Positions 39,217 through 48,144 of a stretch of 54,179 bases of DNA are shown one piece after another. Position numbers and translations under genes: made by a program. The stretch covers positions 1 through 54,179 of IMG/VR virus record IMGVR_UViG_3300037311_000274; one strand, written 5' to 3'. This stretch comes from a virus. Taxonomy: Duplodnaviria; Caudoviricetes. The first letter of the stretch is position 1. The number at the start of each line of letters is the position of its first letter. The notes under the pieces were generated by a model. That model was not told the DNA's origin. It did not search any database and saw only the letters and a program-made list of their open reading frames with translations.

Positions 39217-39350
39217 TTGTATTGCGGCGCAAATTGCGCTACAATGGATGGGTGTGAGAGTAAATAAAATAGCGTCTGCCACACTTTGTCGGTGGGCACT
39301 TCGTTTTGGTTTGGGTGGAGAGCCGCGCTGAAGACGCGGTTTCTTGCTTT
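39217..39350 (+). ncRNA. antisense promoter and ~95-nt countertranscript upstream of rep
   Basis: TTGTAT-17-TACAAT (39217-39245), then hairpin AGCCGCG-CTGAAGA-CGCGGTT followed by TCTTGCTTT. Confidence 0.55.
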
Positions 39351-39391
39351 CTCCACATAAGACTCTAACTCCTTTCGCAAATATTTACAAG

Positions 39392-39947
39392 TTAATGAAA
39401 CCTTGATTTTGGATTGAGACGACGGCTAATTTCGTGTGCCTTGTAAATGGTTCGGATGCGGTTGCCCACGAGATGCAACACGACCTCGCGGGGGACTGGT
39501 TCGGAAAATGCTGGCACAAACTCATCGTCGATTTCGTCGTAATCCATAAAAACATCGGATTTTAGGGCGATGTCTTCGACGATGCCATTCCGCAGCAAAA
39601 TATAGTGCCGTGCGTCCATGCAGATAAGATAGGTTTCAATGTCTTTCAAATGGAGATATTGAAACGCTTTTAAGTGCTGCAACGCCCAATCCCCTACCAT
39701 CCATTTGAACAGCATGAACGGCAACCGCAGTTCCAGCGGTGGCGGTGGCGTGTTGAGCCATCTCGTCAGTGCTGATTCATAGGCACTGTAGGCATCATCA
39801 AGGCTATTGCCCACAATGCGTTTGACATGCCCGTTATGGAGCAGCAACCAAGTTCGCTGCCCATAGCGTAACGTGATATAGTTGGGGTAATCAGGAATGG
39901 TCAGATATTCCCCAATATTGAACTTTTTTACCCTGCGTGAACACCAT
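39392..39947 (-). CDS. hypothetical protein, probably frameshifted near its start
   Basis: The frame stays open upstream of TTG 39847; ATG 39947 joins it if A6 at 39924-39929 is read as A5. Confidence 0.55.
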
Positions 39948-40197
39948 TCTTGGACTGTTCCGAAGGGATGGGCAAAGGGAACTCGCCCAGTGGCTTATCC
40001 TTTTCATCCTGCTGTGGCATCAGCAGCGTCACCGAAGATGGCTTGGTTAATTCGTAGATCAGCGCGGCGTTTAGCGCCTGTTTGCGCTGGCGTAATATTT
40101 CCAGCTTTGCCATCAATAAGGCTTCTTCTGCTGACAATGAACCAATTTGATTGCAAATATCGGCAGTGTTCGCAAGCGTGGTGATAGGGTCTAACAT
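39928..40197 (-). CDS. small coiled-coil hypothetical protein
   Basis: RBS GGAG; heptad pattern. Confidence 0.65.
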   Translation of the reverse strand: MLDPITTLANTADICNQIGSLSAEEALLMAKLEILRQRKQALNAALIYELTKPSSVTLLMPQQDEKDKPLGEFPLPIPSEQSKNGVHAG

Positions 40198-40229
40198 AGT
40201 TACTCCAAACTCTTTTATTTGATAATGGA

Positions 40230-40847
40230 TTAATTGAAAATAGCGTATTCGACCTTCTTGAACACCTGCCCTTTTTTGATAAACCCGCCTGTTTCGCGTG
40301 TTATTTGCCCGGTGTAATCGGGGCGCATTCGTACCCCAATATCAAAGTGATATTCGATGCTGCCACCTGCATCAATCTTGGTGCCAACCTCAACCAGCGC
40401 GTTACCGCGAGTCTCGTACTCGGTGGCTTCGTGGGCGATGACAACCACATGCAGCGGCATGACCGCAAAACGGGCATAAAGGGCATCGCACTGGCGATTG
40501 ATGCGGGCGCGTTCCAATGGCAATAAAGGGCGATTGCTGGCGGATTCTGCCTGTGCAAGCGCAGTCTTGTAGGGAACGCTGATACTGTCTATGACCAGCG
40601 TTTGATAGGTTTTGCCCCCATCGGCTGCCAAGAAATCCAGCGCCCGATGAACATCCGCGAAATTGGCGGCGGGCATCCGGGCAAATTGGATATTCTGGCG
40701 GGCGTAGATGGCTGCCTTGCCTTCGGTGTCTATAAGCGCCACCTTGGGGAAGGACAATGCCGCCATGGTTTTGCCAGAATCGGGCGGTCCCCACAGCAGG
40801 ACTTTGAGGGGAGCAGCGGCAGTGACGGGAGCAAATGGGTTGTTCAT
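40230..40847 (-). CDS. AAA_24/Sak4-like recombination ATPase
   Basis: LLWGPPDSGKT, LIDTE, LVIDSIS, VVVIAHE, YHFD. Confidence 0.85.
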   Translation of the reverse strand: MNNPFAPVTAAAPLKVLLWGPPDSGKTMAALSFPKVALIDTEGKAAIYARQNIQFARMPAANFADVHRALDFLAADGGKTYQTLVIDSISVPYKTALAQAESASNRPLLPLERARINRQCDALYARFAVMPLHVVVIAHEATEYETRGNALVEVGTKIDAGGSIEYHFDIGVRMRPDYTGQITRETGGFIKKGQVFKKVEYAIFN

Positions 40848-41419
40848 GCTGTCACCTGTGCAGGCAATAGCCCAATCACGGGGGGCGGCGGCAGATGGAT
40901 GATATTTTGAGTAGACTGAGGTTGGCGGGCAGTGCGGCGCATTTCGTAGCGTTGTTGAAGTGTTAATTTATAATTGATATTATGCGTAACTGGTTTTACA
41001 GGAATAATTGAGAAGCATTGTTTGGGTTGCAGAGGTTGGTGATTAATCACCACTGCATCGGCAGGTATGGCGTGCTGCCACCACAATTCGTCTAATTCAT
41101 CCACGCGGACGGTCAAGTTAAACATGACCGATGCGCTGATGATAGGCTTGCCCGGACGCCATGTGGCACGAATTTCATCCGTTTTGACAATTTCCACGCC
41201 CGGCAGCGCAGCGATTTTGCGCTGCCAGTATTTTTTGCCATGCACAGGTTCGCCCATGCCCGGCACATAAAAATCGGCGATGTACTCACCCGTGGCGCGT
41301 TTGCGTTTGACCTGTTCAGGATTGATTCCGGCGCGCCGGAGCGCCTCGCCCACCACGGGTCCTAGGTCAGCGCGGCGGCGGGTTGGTTCAGGATATGGGT
41401 GTTGACCAGTGTCTATCAT
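40844..41419 (-). CDS. hypothetical protein
   Basis: RBS AGGGG; coupled to the next gene. Confidence 0.65.
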   Translation of the reverse strand: MIDTGQHPYPEPTRRRADLGPVVGEALRRAGINPEQVKRKRATGEYIADFYVPGMGEPVHGKKYWQRKIAALPGVEIVKTDEIRATWRPGKPIISASVMFNLTVRVDELDELWWQHAIPADAVVINHQPLQPKQCFSIIPVKPVTHNINYKLTLQQRYEMRRTARQPQSTQNIIHLPPPPVIGLLPAQVTA

Positions 41420-41448
41420 TTTGTAATCCCCTGATTCTATTGTGATTC

Positions 41449-41982
41449 CTACACTACCCCGAATTCGGGGTTATCGGTTGTGGTTTTGACTTGATTGAAG
41501 AACGCTACAAACAAGCCCGCCAATATCAGATAATCGGCGGCTTCCAGCACTTGGTTGTCCAAGAGGTAATCCAACAGAATTTCGGCTTCGTCATGGTCTA
41601 AGCCATGCGCCTTGTGAAGGCGCTCTTGGAGAGACAGCGTTTCGACTTCGTATAAACCTTCCTTGATGCTGTTGACCAGTTCAGCAACGTCGGGGTTTTC
41701 GGTGTTACCCGACTGCACATCCACGCGCAAGCGCAGATGGCGGACGGTGATGGTATTGCGCTGTTTTTTGAGTTCCGCGGCGACTGTTGCCATGCCGTGT
41801 ATCGCTGCCTGATAGTGCTGATAGGCGGCGTTGAGGTTATCAATGGCAGTCGTGGCTTGGGCGTGATTTTCAGGTGTGGCGGTGGCATTGATGTAATCCG
41901 CTGCCACCTGCATGACTTCCAAGATTGATTTTTCGTAGTGCTTTAATGTTGGATGTGTCTCCACAATTTCGGTTGGTTTCAT
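41449..41982 (-). CDS. hypothetical helical protein
   Basis: Coupled ORF. Confidence 0.65.
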   Translation of the reverse strand: MKPTEIVETHPTLKHYEKSILEVMQVAADYINATATPENHAQATTAIDNLNAAYQHYQAAIHGMATVAAELKKQRNTITVRHLRLRVDVQSGNTENPDVAELVNSIKEGLYEVETLSLQERLHKAHGLDHDEAEILLDYLLDNQVLEAADYLILAGLFVAFFNQVKTTTDNPEFGVV

Positions 41983-42362
41983 TGGTGTAATTCTTTCAAG
42001 CGAAATGGGCGATTCTGAGTTTCTATGGCTGTCCGGTATGCCTCAGCCGCAGCATTCGCGGCGGCGCGGTCAGCGGCAGCAATGAGATAATTGGTTAGGC
42101 GTTGAACCTCACCCCCTAACCCCCTCTCCACTGCGTAGAGAGGGGGAACATTAGCGGGGAGATAGAGCGTGGTGGATGGCAAAGGAATTGCGCCGTAGTG
42201 CCGGACGCCCTGCTGCTGCCGCCGGAAACGGCGCAGGTGCGCCCGGTATTCCGGCGGTGTTTGAATATCTTCGCCAATCCACAGTTTGAATACCTTGCCA
42301 TCTGGGAAGATGGCAGTGTGCTGATAGTCACGTCTGGGGTTGGGCGCAGGGAGAGCGTGCAT
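41979..42362 (-). CDS. hypothetical protein containing an in-frame REP-like palindrome
   Basis: Coupled at both ends; the peptide VPPLYAVERGLGGEV is encoded by the palindrome. Confidence 0.6.
   Translation of the reverse strand: MHALPAPNPRRDYQHTAIFPDGKVFKLWIGEDIQTPPEYRAHLRRFRRQQQGVRHYGAIPLPSTTLYLPANVPPLYAVERGLGGEVQRLTNYLIAAADRAAANAAAEAYRTAIETQNRPFRLKELHQ
42107..42147. repeat. REP-like palindromic element
   Basis: CCTCACCCCCTAACCCCCTCTC-CACTGCGTA-GAGAGGGGGA. Confidence 0.65.
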
Positions 42363-43084
42363 TATTCGTCTGAATCCTCATCAAAATTGGCTAATACAAC
42401 GGGATTATCGCCAAACACTTTGACAGTGAGATTGGATAAAGCAATGTTGTATTCACTTTCGCTGCCATCGGGAGGGTTCATGTCCAGCAGCGTTTCCAGA
42501 GCAGCAGGCGTCCCAATTTTTTCGAGAATGAGATAAGTTTGTTTTGATGGAATGTGGAGGGCGCTGTTATCAAATTGAGGAAGGATGGCATCTCCCAGAG
42601 ATGCAAGCGCATCCCAGTCTTTCATCACTGTATAGAACAAAAATTTTTCGTCTGCATGGTGTGGCACGAAATCCATGCTTTTTAAAATACCACCTATAAA
42701 GGCGGCTAAATTGCCACGTCTAGGGGGGACTTTAACGAATGTTTTCCATAGGATATGCATCGCATCTTCTTTGGGCAGATACAACTTCCCCACGAGAGCA
42801 GCCGCCACCTTAAATTCTATATCTCCTGCATCCGTAAGTTCTAGTACGCCATAGGCGTAGAGTTCCACGTCTGGAATTGTTTGGATAGCGGCAAAGGCGG
42901 CGTCGCTGATTTTATCGTCATGGTGGTGGCAAATGTTCGCCAAAGGCTTGAACGCCCCAATTGATTTTAAAATTTGAAGCGCGGCAATCCGCGCAAACAA
43001 TTCATCTGTTTGGGGATAAGAGCGACTTTTAAGACTTTGAAAACGTTTGATTGTCAGACGGCGTAGGTTTTTCATGTCGGTCAT
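42362..43084 (-). CDS. HEAT-repeat-like helical protein
   Basis: RIAALQILKSIG..PL and LEKIGTPAALETL patterns. Confidence 0.55.
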   Translation of the reverse strand: MTDMKNLRRLTIKRFQSLKSRSYPQTDELFARIAALQILKSIGAFKPLANICHHHDDKISDAAFAAIQTIPDVELYAYGVLELTDAGDIEFKVAAALVGKLYLPKEDAMHILWKTFVKVPPRRGNLAAFIGGILKSMDFVPHHADEKFLFYTVMKDWDALASLGDAILPQFDNSALHIPSKQTYLILEKIGTPAALETLLDMNPPDGSESEYNIALSNLTVKVFGDNPVVLANFDEDSDE

Positions 43085-43392
43085 GATGGTTGCCCCCCAT
43101 TGGTCATTTCGATGATGGCGGTTTCTGCTACAACACGATAAAAGGCGTGAGTCGTGTCATCAAAATGAGTGGTGATGGCTGCTTGGGTGTGAATCTGTGT
43201 TAAGGCATCCATGGCGATTTTGACAGTTTGCCCTAAACGCAGGTTTTGAGCGTGTTTTTGCGCCAATTGGTTGCTGAGGCGGGCATTGCGTTCACGCTCT
43301 GTTGCCAGCAATGCTAACAACTGCGTGCGCTCATCGGGTTCGATGATTATTTGTGGCAGTTCATCGGTAATACGTTCTTGCGATTGTTGCAT
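43081..43392 (-). CDS. coiled-coil hypothetical protein, first gene of the leftward operon
   Basis: RBS AAAGGGG. Confidence 0.65.
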   Translation of the reverse strand: MQQSQERITDELPQIIIEPDERTQLLALLATERERNARLSNQLAQKHAQNLRLGQTVKIAMDALTQIHTQAAITTHFDDTTHAFYRVVAETAIIEMTNGGQPS

Positions 43393-43798
43393 CGAAATTT
43401 CCCCTTTCGATTTAATGCTAACGGTTTTTATCTTGTCACGGTGGTAAAATTTATTACATGTACCGGTTTGGGTGCAGGGGGAGACAATCTGTGTCCCCTA
43501 AACCTGTCAGTCGGGGTATTCCCCTCAGAATTGAACCTGACTGATAGTTTTTTCCCCGCATGTTAACGGTACAACTCGGCGGGGTAACGTTTATGCTACC
43601 CTATAATAACGACAGATTGCGTTAGAAAGTATATCGAATATTTAAACCTCCTTTAAATTAATTAATGAAAGATAAACCGCCCATTGTGCCGGATTGTGTC
43701 CGGTTGCCCCCCCCCCGCCCACCTACCCTGCCGATTTCGCGCAGTCCGATGTAACATTTGCATACAGTTTGTATTCACCACACCGCTTTATTGATGTA

Positions 43799-43827
43799 TT
43801 GACTTATATGCTGCAATGCAGTATAAA
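43799..43827 (+). promoter_or_regulatory. sigma70-type promoter with palindrome in the spacer
   Basis: TTGACT-17-TATAAA; CTGCA-A-TGCAG between -35 and -10. Confidence 0.7.
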
Positions 43828-43841
43828 TGAAAGAGGTAATC

Positions 43842-44078
43842 ATGTCAAGTAACAAAAAAGGAGTGGATTTCGTGTCAATCAGGATTGAAAAGGATATGCA
43901 TGAGTGTTTGGCGGCATTAAAACTGCTGAATAACAGCAAGAATTACGATGATGTGCTGTGGACGCTGGCTCGAAAAGCCTACCCCAACATTGATGAAATT
44001 CTTGCTGAGTATCAAAAAATGAAAGCCATGCAAGAAGCCTTTATGAAACGTCTGGGGGGTGACACCCCACAAGAATAA
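43842..44078 (+). CDS. ribbon-helix-helix (CopG/Arc-like) regulator
   Basis: RBS AAGAGGT; VSIRIEKDMHECLAAL...YDDVL pattern; sits at the divergence point. Confidence 0.7.
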   Translation: MSSNKKGVDFVSIRIEKDMHECLAALKLLNNSKNYDDVLWTLARKAYPNIDEILAEYQKMKAMQEAFMKRLGGDTPQE

Positions 44079-44126
44079 TGCTGATTCCTGATATACTGTG
44101 AAAAAACAGTGTAAAGGGAAAACGGC

Positions 44127-45074
44127 ATGTTCAAGCGTGATGTTCGGAATTGGGCGCGGCGGCAGCAGCCGATGGGCGCATGGGGGTGTTTGGTGGGGAT
44201 AGCGGCGCTGGTGGTGCTGCTGATACTGGGGAAAGTGATGGGGCAAGGGGGAACGACAATGATACATCCTGATAACAACCTTATCTTGACTATAGAGAAA
44301 CTTGAAATTTACGGGTCAGCGGGCAATTGGACGCCACAAGCTGGCATGGTGTATGTGGCGCTGCTGGGGCAAGTTGAGAACCAGCGCGGTATCAGGACGT
44401 GCATACAGGCGCGTGAAATCCGGCTTATTTTGGGCGAAACCGAGTATACGCCTATCAATGGGCTTATGGAGCGTTTAAAGCCTGTGGTTGGGCGTGATTA
44501 CTTGAGCGCGTTCAATGGGCAGTGTTTTACGCCAAGGTTTCCAACTGCGACGTTTGCGGCATTTGAGGTGCCGGCAGCGGCATTACAAGGCGATATTCAG
44601 GTGATGTGGTTCGGCATGGTGGCTGAGATTGATTTTTCGTATGGCACGCAGCCGACGCGGACGCCAACGCCCTCACCCACTGCTACGGCAACACCGTCCG
44701 CTGAAGACTTGGTGCGGCAAGTGTTTGACAATTCATGGTTTGCCGGGCGCAAGATTGAATTGCTGGTGGTGAATGAGCAGGTGGTGACGCTGTGGTTTCC
44801 GATGACCAATTTGAGTGCTGGCGCGGTGAAGTATGAAGCGGAAACCCAATTTGCGGTTTTAGCATGTGCTTTACGCACAGCCGGGTTGACGGGGCGAAAA
44901 TACCAATTTCTCGGCACCGTCAAGATGGTGGACGCCGCGGGTCGGGAACGCAGCATGAAGATAGTTGAGGTGATTATCAGTGCGGCAGCCATCCGGCAGA
45001 TGAATTGCGATGCACCACTCATCAACTTGCCCGAACTAGCAGACCGATTTTGGTACCATTCCAGCGTGAGGTGA
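44127..45074 (+). CDS. membrane-anchored surface protein (DUF4352-like Ig domain plus Pro/Thr linker)
   Basis: TM helix, YVAL...VEN...AFEVP strands, TQPTRTPTPSPTATATP linker. Confidence 0.65.
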   Translation: MFKRDVRNWARRQQPMGAWGCLVGIAALVVLLILGKVMGQGGTTMIHPDNNLILTIEKLEIYGSAGNWTPQAGMVYVALLGQVENQRGIRTCIQAREIRLILGETEYTPINGLMERLKPVVGRDYLSAFNGQCFTPRFPTATFAAFEVPAAALQGDIQVMWFGMVAEIDFSYGTQPTRTPTPSPTATATPSAEDLVRQVFDNSWFAGRKIELLVVNEQVVTLWFPMTNLSAGAVKYEAETQFAVLACALRTAGLTGRKYQFLGTVKMVDAAGRERSMKIVEVIISAAAIRQMNCDAPLINLPELADRFWYHSSVR

Positions 45075-45075
45075 T

Positions 45076-45264
45076 ATGGTAACGCCAGAAGAATTTTTTC
45101 GCCGATGGGTTGAGTTGGCACAAGCCGTCCAAAAGGATGTTGACGCTATTTGCCGTGCATTTGGTGGCGATTTGCCACAGCACTTGCCGAAGGAAAAAAA
45201 GCGGCGGACGGTGAAACGTCCGAGATATAAGAAACTGGTCTTCCGGCGGGGACGGTGGCAATGA
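45076..45264 (+). CDS. small basic hypothetical protein
   Basis: RBS GAGGT; coupled to the next gene. Confidence 0.55.
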   Translation: MVTPEEFFRRWVELAQAVQKDVDAICRAFGGDLPQHLPKEKKRRTVKRPRYKKLVFRRGRWQ

Positions 45265-45629
45265 ACGCGGCACTACGGCAGCAATACGAAAATGCTATTC
45301 GGTGTGGTTGGATAAACCCACTCATCCCACATTTTGGAATGGTGAGTGATTATTATACGACTCCCCTGCTGGAACAGCCTGAGATACAAGATATTCGGGC
45401 TGTGACGGTCAAAACGGCGTGGGATGCGTGTGGGGATTGGTGGTGGACTGAGCATTTTCGGCTCAAGATTGTCGGTGGCAGAGTGTTGTATTGGGAAGCG
45501 ACGGCTGCCAAAGGTGGGCAATCGGTGTTGTTGACTCGTCTTGAAGGCGGGGTAACTAACACCGTTGTATATCAGTATCGGCGGTATGTGTATCCGTATA
45601 CGCCGATTGTGCTAATGCGGTATCGGTAA
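45261..45629 (+). CDS. hypothetical protein
   Basis: ATGA overlap with the upstream gene. Confidence 0.55.
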   Translation: MNAALRQQYENAIRCGWINPLIPHFGMVSDYYTTPLLEQPEIQDIRAVTVKTAWDACGDWWWTEHFRLKIVGGRVLYWEATAAKGGQSVLLTRLEGGVTNTVVYQYRRYVYPYTPIVLMRYR

Positions 45630-45670
45630 ATCTATCAATCTAAACCGTGAAGGGGAGAAACAAAAACATC

Positions 45671-46495
45671 ATGACAGTAAAAATAATGGTTGGTGGACGC
45701 AAGGGCGGCACTGGTAAAACCACTGTCGCAAAAAATTTGGCGGCTGGGTGTGCGCGGGCGGGGTTGACTACCCTGCTGGTAGACGCTGACGGGCAAGCCA
45801 ACGCTACATCGGGGATGCAGGTCGCGCCATACGATGGATTCAAGGCGCTGGTTTTGGATGATGCGGATTGGGCGGATTTGTTACGCCCTGTGCCGGAAGA
45901 TTTTGCGGGTGTGCAGGGTATGTTTGTTCTGCCCTCTCATATGGGGCAAAAACAGGTTGAGGAAAACGCGGACAGCATTCCAGCAATTGTAGAACGGTTT
46001 GCCGAACTGGATGGGCAAATTGATGTTGTCATTGTGGACACATCGCCGGGCGCGACGAATGCCCATATCGGTTTATATTATGCCTGCGATTATATTGTGC
46101 TGCCCGTGCAGTGTGTGATGGAAAGCATTTTGTCACTGGATGACATGATGATTTTTCTCGAAAACGCCAAGAAAACAGGGGCGGCGGTGGGGTATCAAAC
46201 CGCTAGTTTTCTGGGCATTGTGCCAAACATGCTCAACGCAAGCACAAATGTTCATAAGACGAATCATGGGTTTATCCAAGGTCAATACTTCCAACGGGTG
46301 ACGGTATTTAGACCGATGCGTGATTTGACTGTTTGGCAGCAAGCCAGTCAGTACCGTACTTCGATTTGGCATTTGGCAGATGTTGGGTCACATCGGGAAC
46401 GGCGTGATGCTAAGATAGCGGGAATGGAACTGCAACCACTGTTGAACGCTGTGCTGAAACTTGCACGGGCTGAAAGTGAACGGGTTGCAGTATGA
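45671..46495 (+). CDS. parA: ParA/Soj family partition ATPase (type Ib, no N-terminal HTH)
   Basis: Deviant Walker A KGGTGKTT, LVDADGQANAT, IVDTSP, LGIVPNM. Confidence 0.93.
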   Translation: MTVKIMVGGRKGGTGKTTVAKNLAAGCARAGLTTLLVDADGQANATSGMQVAPYDGFKALVLDDADWADLLRPVPEDFAGVQGMFVLPSHMGQKQVEENADSIPAIVERFAELDGQIDVVIVDTSPGATNAHIGLYYACDYIVLPVQCVMESILSLDDMMIFLENAKKTGAAVGYQTASFLGIVPNMLNASTNVHKTNHGFIQGQYFQRVTVFRPMRDLTVWQQASQYRTSIWHLADVGSHRERRDAKIAGMELQPLLNAVLKLARAESERVAV

Positions 46496-47301
46496 CCAAG
46501 AAACTGCAAGATGCATTAGAAAAAGCCCGCAATCCGATTAATCCTAATGCCATCTATCCAGAGACTCCCCCGCCGCCGATTCCGCGGCGGCGGGGTGAGA
46601 CTGACCCAGAGCAGTTAAAGGCGTTGCAGGCGCAGATTGAAGCGATGCAAGCGGAATTGAATAACCGTGTGGCATCCAATAATGCCTTAGTGACTGCTAG
46701 TGACGGAAACCGCGTATTAGGGCGATTTCAACTGACACACACGGCATTGATTATCCCTGAAGACATTTCTCAGGATGAAATGAATCTGATGGGCGATTTG
46801 CTGCGGCAGATGTCGGGGGCGATGCAATTCTGGATTGGCGACTATGTGAATATGTATCATGATGGTTGGGGGGAGATGTATGACCGGATGGCGGAATACT
46901 TTGGCATCCCCCAGCAAACGCTTGAAAAATGGGCGTGGGCGTGTCGAAAAATTGAAAAGTTTCGACGCCGAAACTTTTTGTCTTTTTCACATCACGAGTT
47001 GGTGGCGGGGTTGCCCGCCGCTTTGAATGGGCGTGAAGATGAATTGTTAGATTATGCCCAACACAACAATCTGTCGTACCGAGATTTCAGGGTTTATATT
47101 CGTTCTTTGGCACCGGGCAAGATGGTGAAACCCATGCCGAATTTGTTCAATAAAGAATATATGCCCCGCCCCGCTAACTTAAAATCGTTGTATCTGAAAG
47201 CGCGGCAAGGCGACGAAACGGCACTGGCAGAAATCCGGCGGCACATTACCGAGTATCAAAAATGGTTACAGGATATTGAGCAAAGTTTGGGGTTGCGATG
47301 A
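46492..47301 (+). CDS. ParA partner with LmbU-like HTH domain
   Basis: ATGA-coupled to parA; QFWIGDY...Y......G...QTLEKWAWACRK...RRRNFLSFSHHELVA matches the LmbU-family pattern; no ParB GxxRxxA motif. Confidence 0.75.
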   Translation: MTKKLQDALEKARNPINPNAIYPETPPPPIPRRRGETDPEQLKALQAQIEAMQAELNNRVASNNALVTASDGNRVLGRFQLTHTALIIPEDISQDEMNLMGDLLRQMSGAMQFWIGDYVNMYHDGWGEMYDRMAEYFGIPQQTLEKWAWACRKIEKFRRRNFLSFSHHELVAGLPAALNGREDELLDYAQHNNLSYRDFRVYIRSLAPGKMVKPMPNLFNKEYMPRPANLKSLYLKARQGDETALAEIRRHITEYQKWLQDIEQSLGLR

Positions 47302-47732
47302 GTCTAACTCGATTGCCAGTATCGAATTATGTTTATGTCGCACAGAGAGCCGATGATACCACGATTCACAAAATAGGTGTTACGGCTGACCCTATTCGAC
47401 GGTTGAGGGAGTTAGAACGTATGACAGGTGCGCGAATGGCTTATTTGCGTCTAATTCCCCATGATGATGCATTTGCGCTTGAGAATTTGTTGCATCATTT
47501 ATTGGCAGATTATCGGCAAAGCGGCGAGTGGTTTGCATTAGATGATAACATGCTTATCCTACTTATGGCGGTCAACCCAATTGGAAGCCTGTTTGAATTT
47601 GCGATGCAATTTCTCTGGCAGGTGGAGCGAAATATCCACGTTTTGCTACCGGATACAACGCCCGCAGAACGGCAGCAGATGGCGGACGCGCTGGAAGAAA
47701 TGGCGCGGACGATTCGTGAGTACCAGGGATAA
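47298..47732 (+). CDS. GIY-YIG (T5orf172/MUG113-like) domain protein
   Basis: YVYV...KIGVT.DP.RRLREL...E..LH......R..GEWF. Confidence 0.85.
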   Translation: MSLTRLPVSNYVYVAQRADDTTIHKIGVTADPIRRLRELERMTGARMAYLRLIPHDDAFALENLLHHLLADYRQSGEWFALDDNMLILLMAVNPIGSLFEFAMQFLWQVERNIHVLLPDTTPAERQQMADALEEMARTIREYQG

Positions 47733-47744
47733 ATTTGGGATAAC

Positions 47745-47783
47745 TCCCCCTCCCCCACCGAGTAGGGGAGGGGGGATGTGAGG
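47745..47783. repeat. second REP-like GC-rich hairpin
   Basis: TCCCCCTCCCC...GGGGAGGGGG..TGTGAGGG; the reverse strand resembles the element at 42107. Confidence 0.45.
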
Positions 47784-47787
47784 GAAG

Positions 47788-48045
47788 ATGAATCAACTTA
47801 ATTTGATTTTGCCGGAAGATTGCCCGGAATGTGGTACAGCGGTTTTTCCGGGGCATGAGAATTGCCCTGAATGTGGGGCGCGAGTGCTGCGTAAAACAGC
47901 GTTGGTGCTTCGGTTTAAAATTTTGGCTGACGAGTTGCCGAAAGCGATTTATCAATTTCAAGGCGCTCAGGGAAAATTGTTCCAAAGCTGGTGTGATTTT
48001 GCGGCGGCAGTGAATAACGCGCTGAAAGGGGGGATAGATGAATAG
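47788..48045 (+). CDS. double zinc-ribbon protein
   Basis: CPECG...CPECG. Confidence 0.7.
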   Translation: MNQLNLILPEDCPECGTAVFPGHENCPECGARVLRKTALVLRFKILADELPKAIYQFQGAQGKLFQSWCDFAAAVNNALKGGIDE

Positions 48046-48110
48046 CCAAGAAGTAGCAGCACTCAAGATATTGTGATACGAGTGACCGTGAATTAGTTTG
48101 AACTGGCATT

Positions 48111-48144
48111 ATAAAACCCCTCATTTTCGAGGGGTTTTATTTTT
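48111..48144. terminator. bidirectional Rho-independent terminator
   Basis: ATAAAACCCCTC-ATTTTC-GAGGGGTTTTAT followed by TTTT, between convergent operons. Confidence 0.75.

Noticed and set aside
39174-39380. 68-aa ORF upstream of rep
   Set aside because: The start is ambiguous and it overlaps both rep and the antisense promoter/terminator unit. It could be a leader peptide but is unsupported.
40965-40992. dif-like site (ATAATTGATATTATGCGTAACT)
   Set aside because: Only a partial resemblance to dif, the arm lengths do not fit, and it lies inside a coding region.
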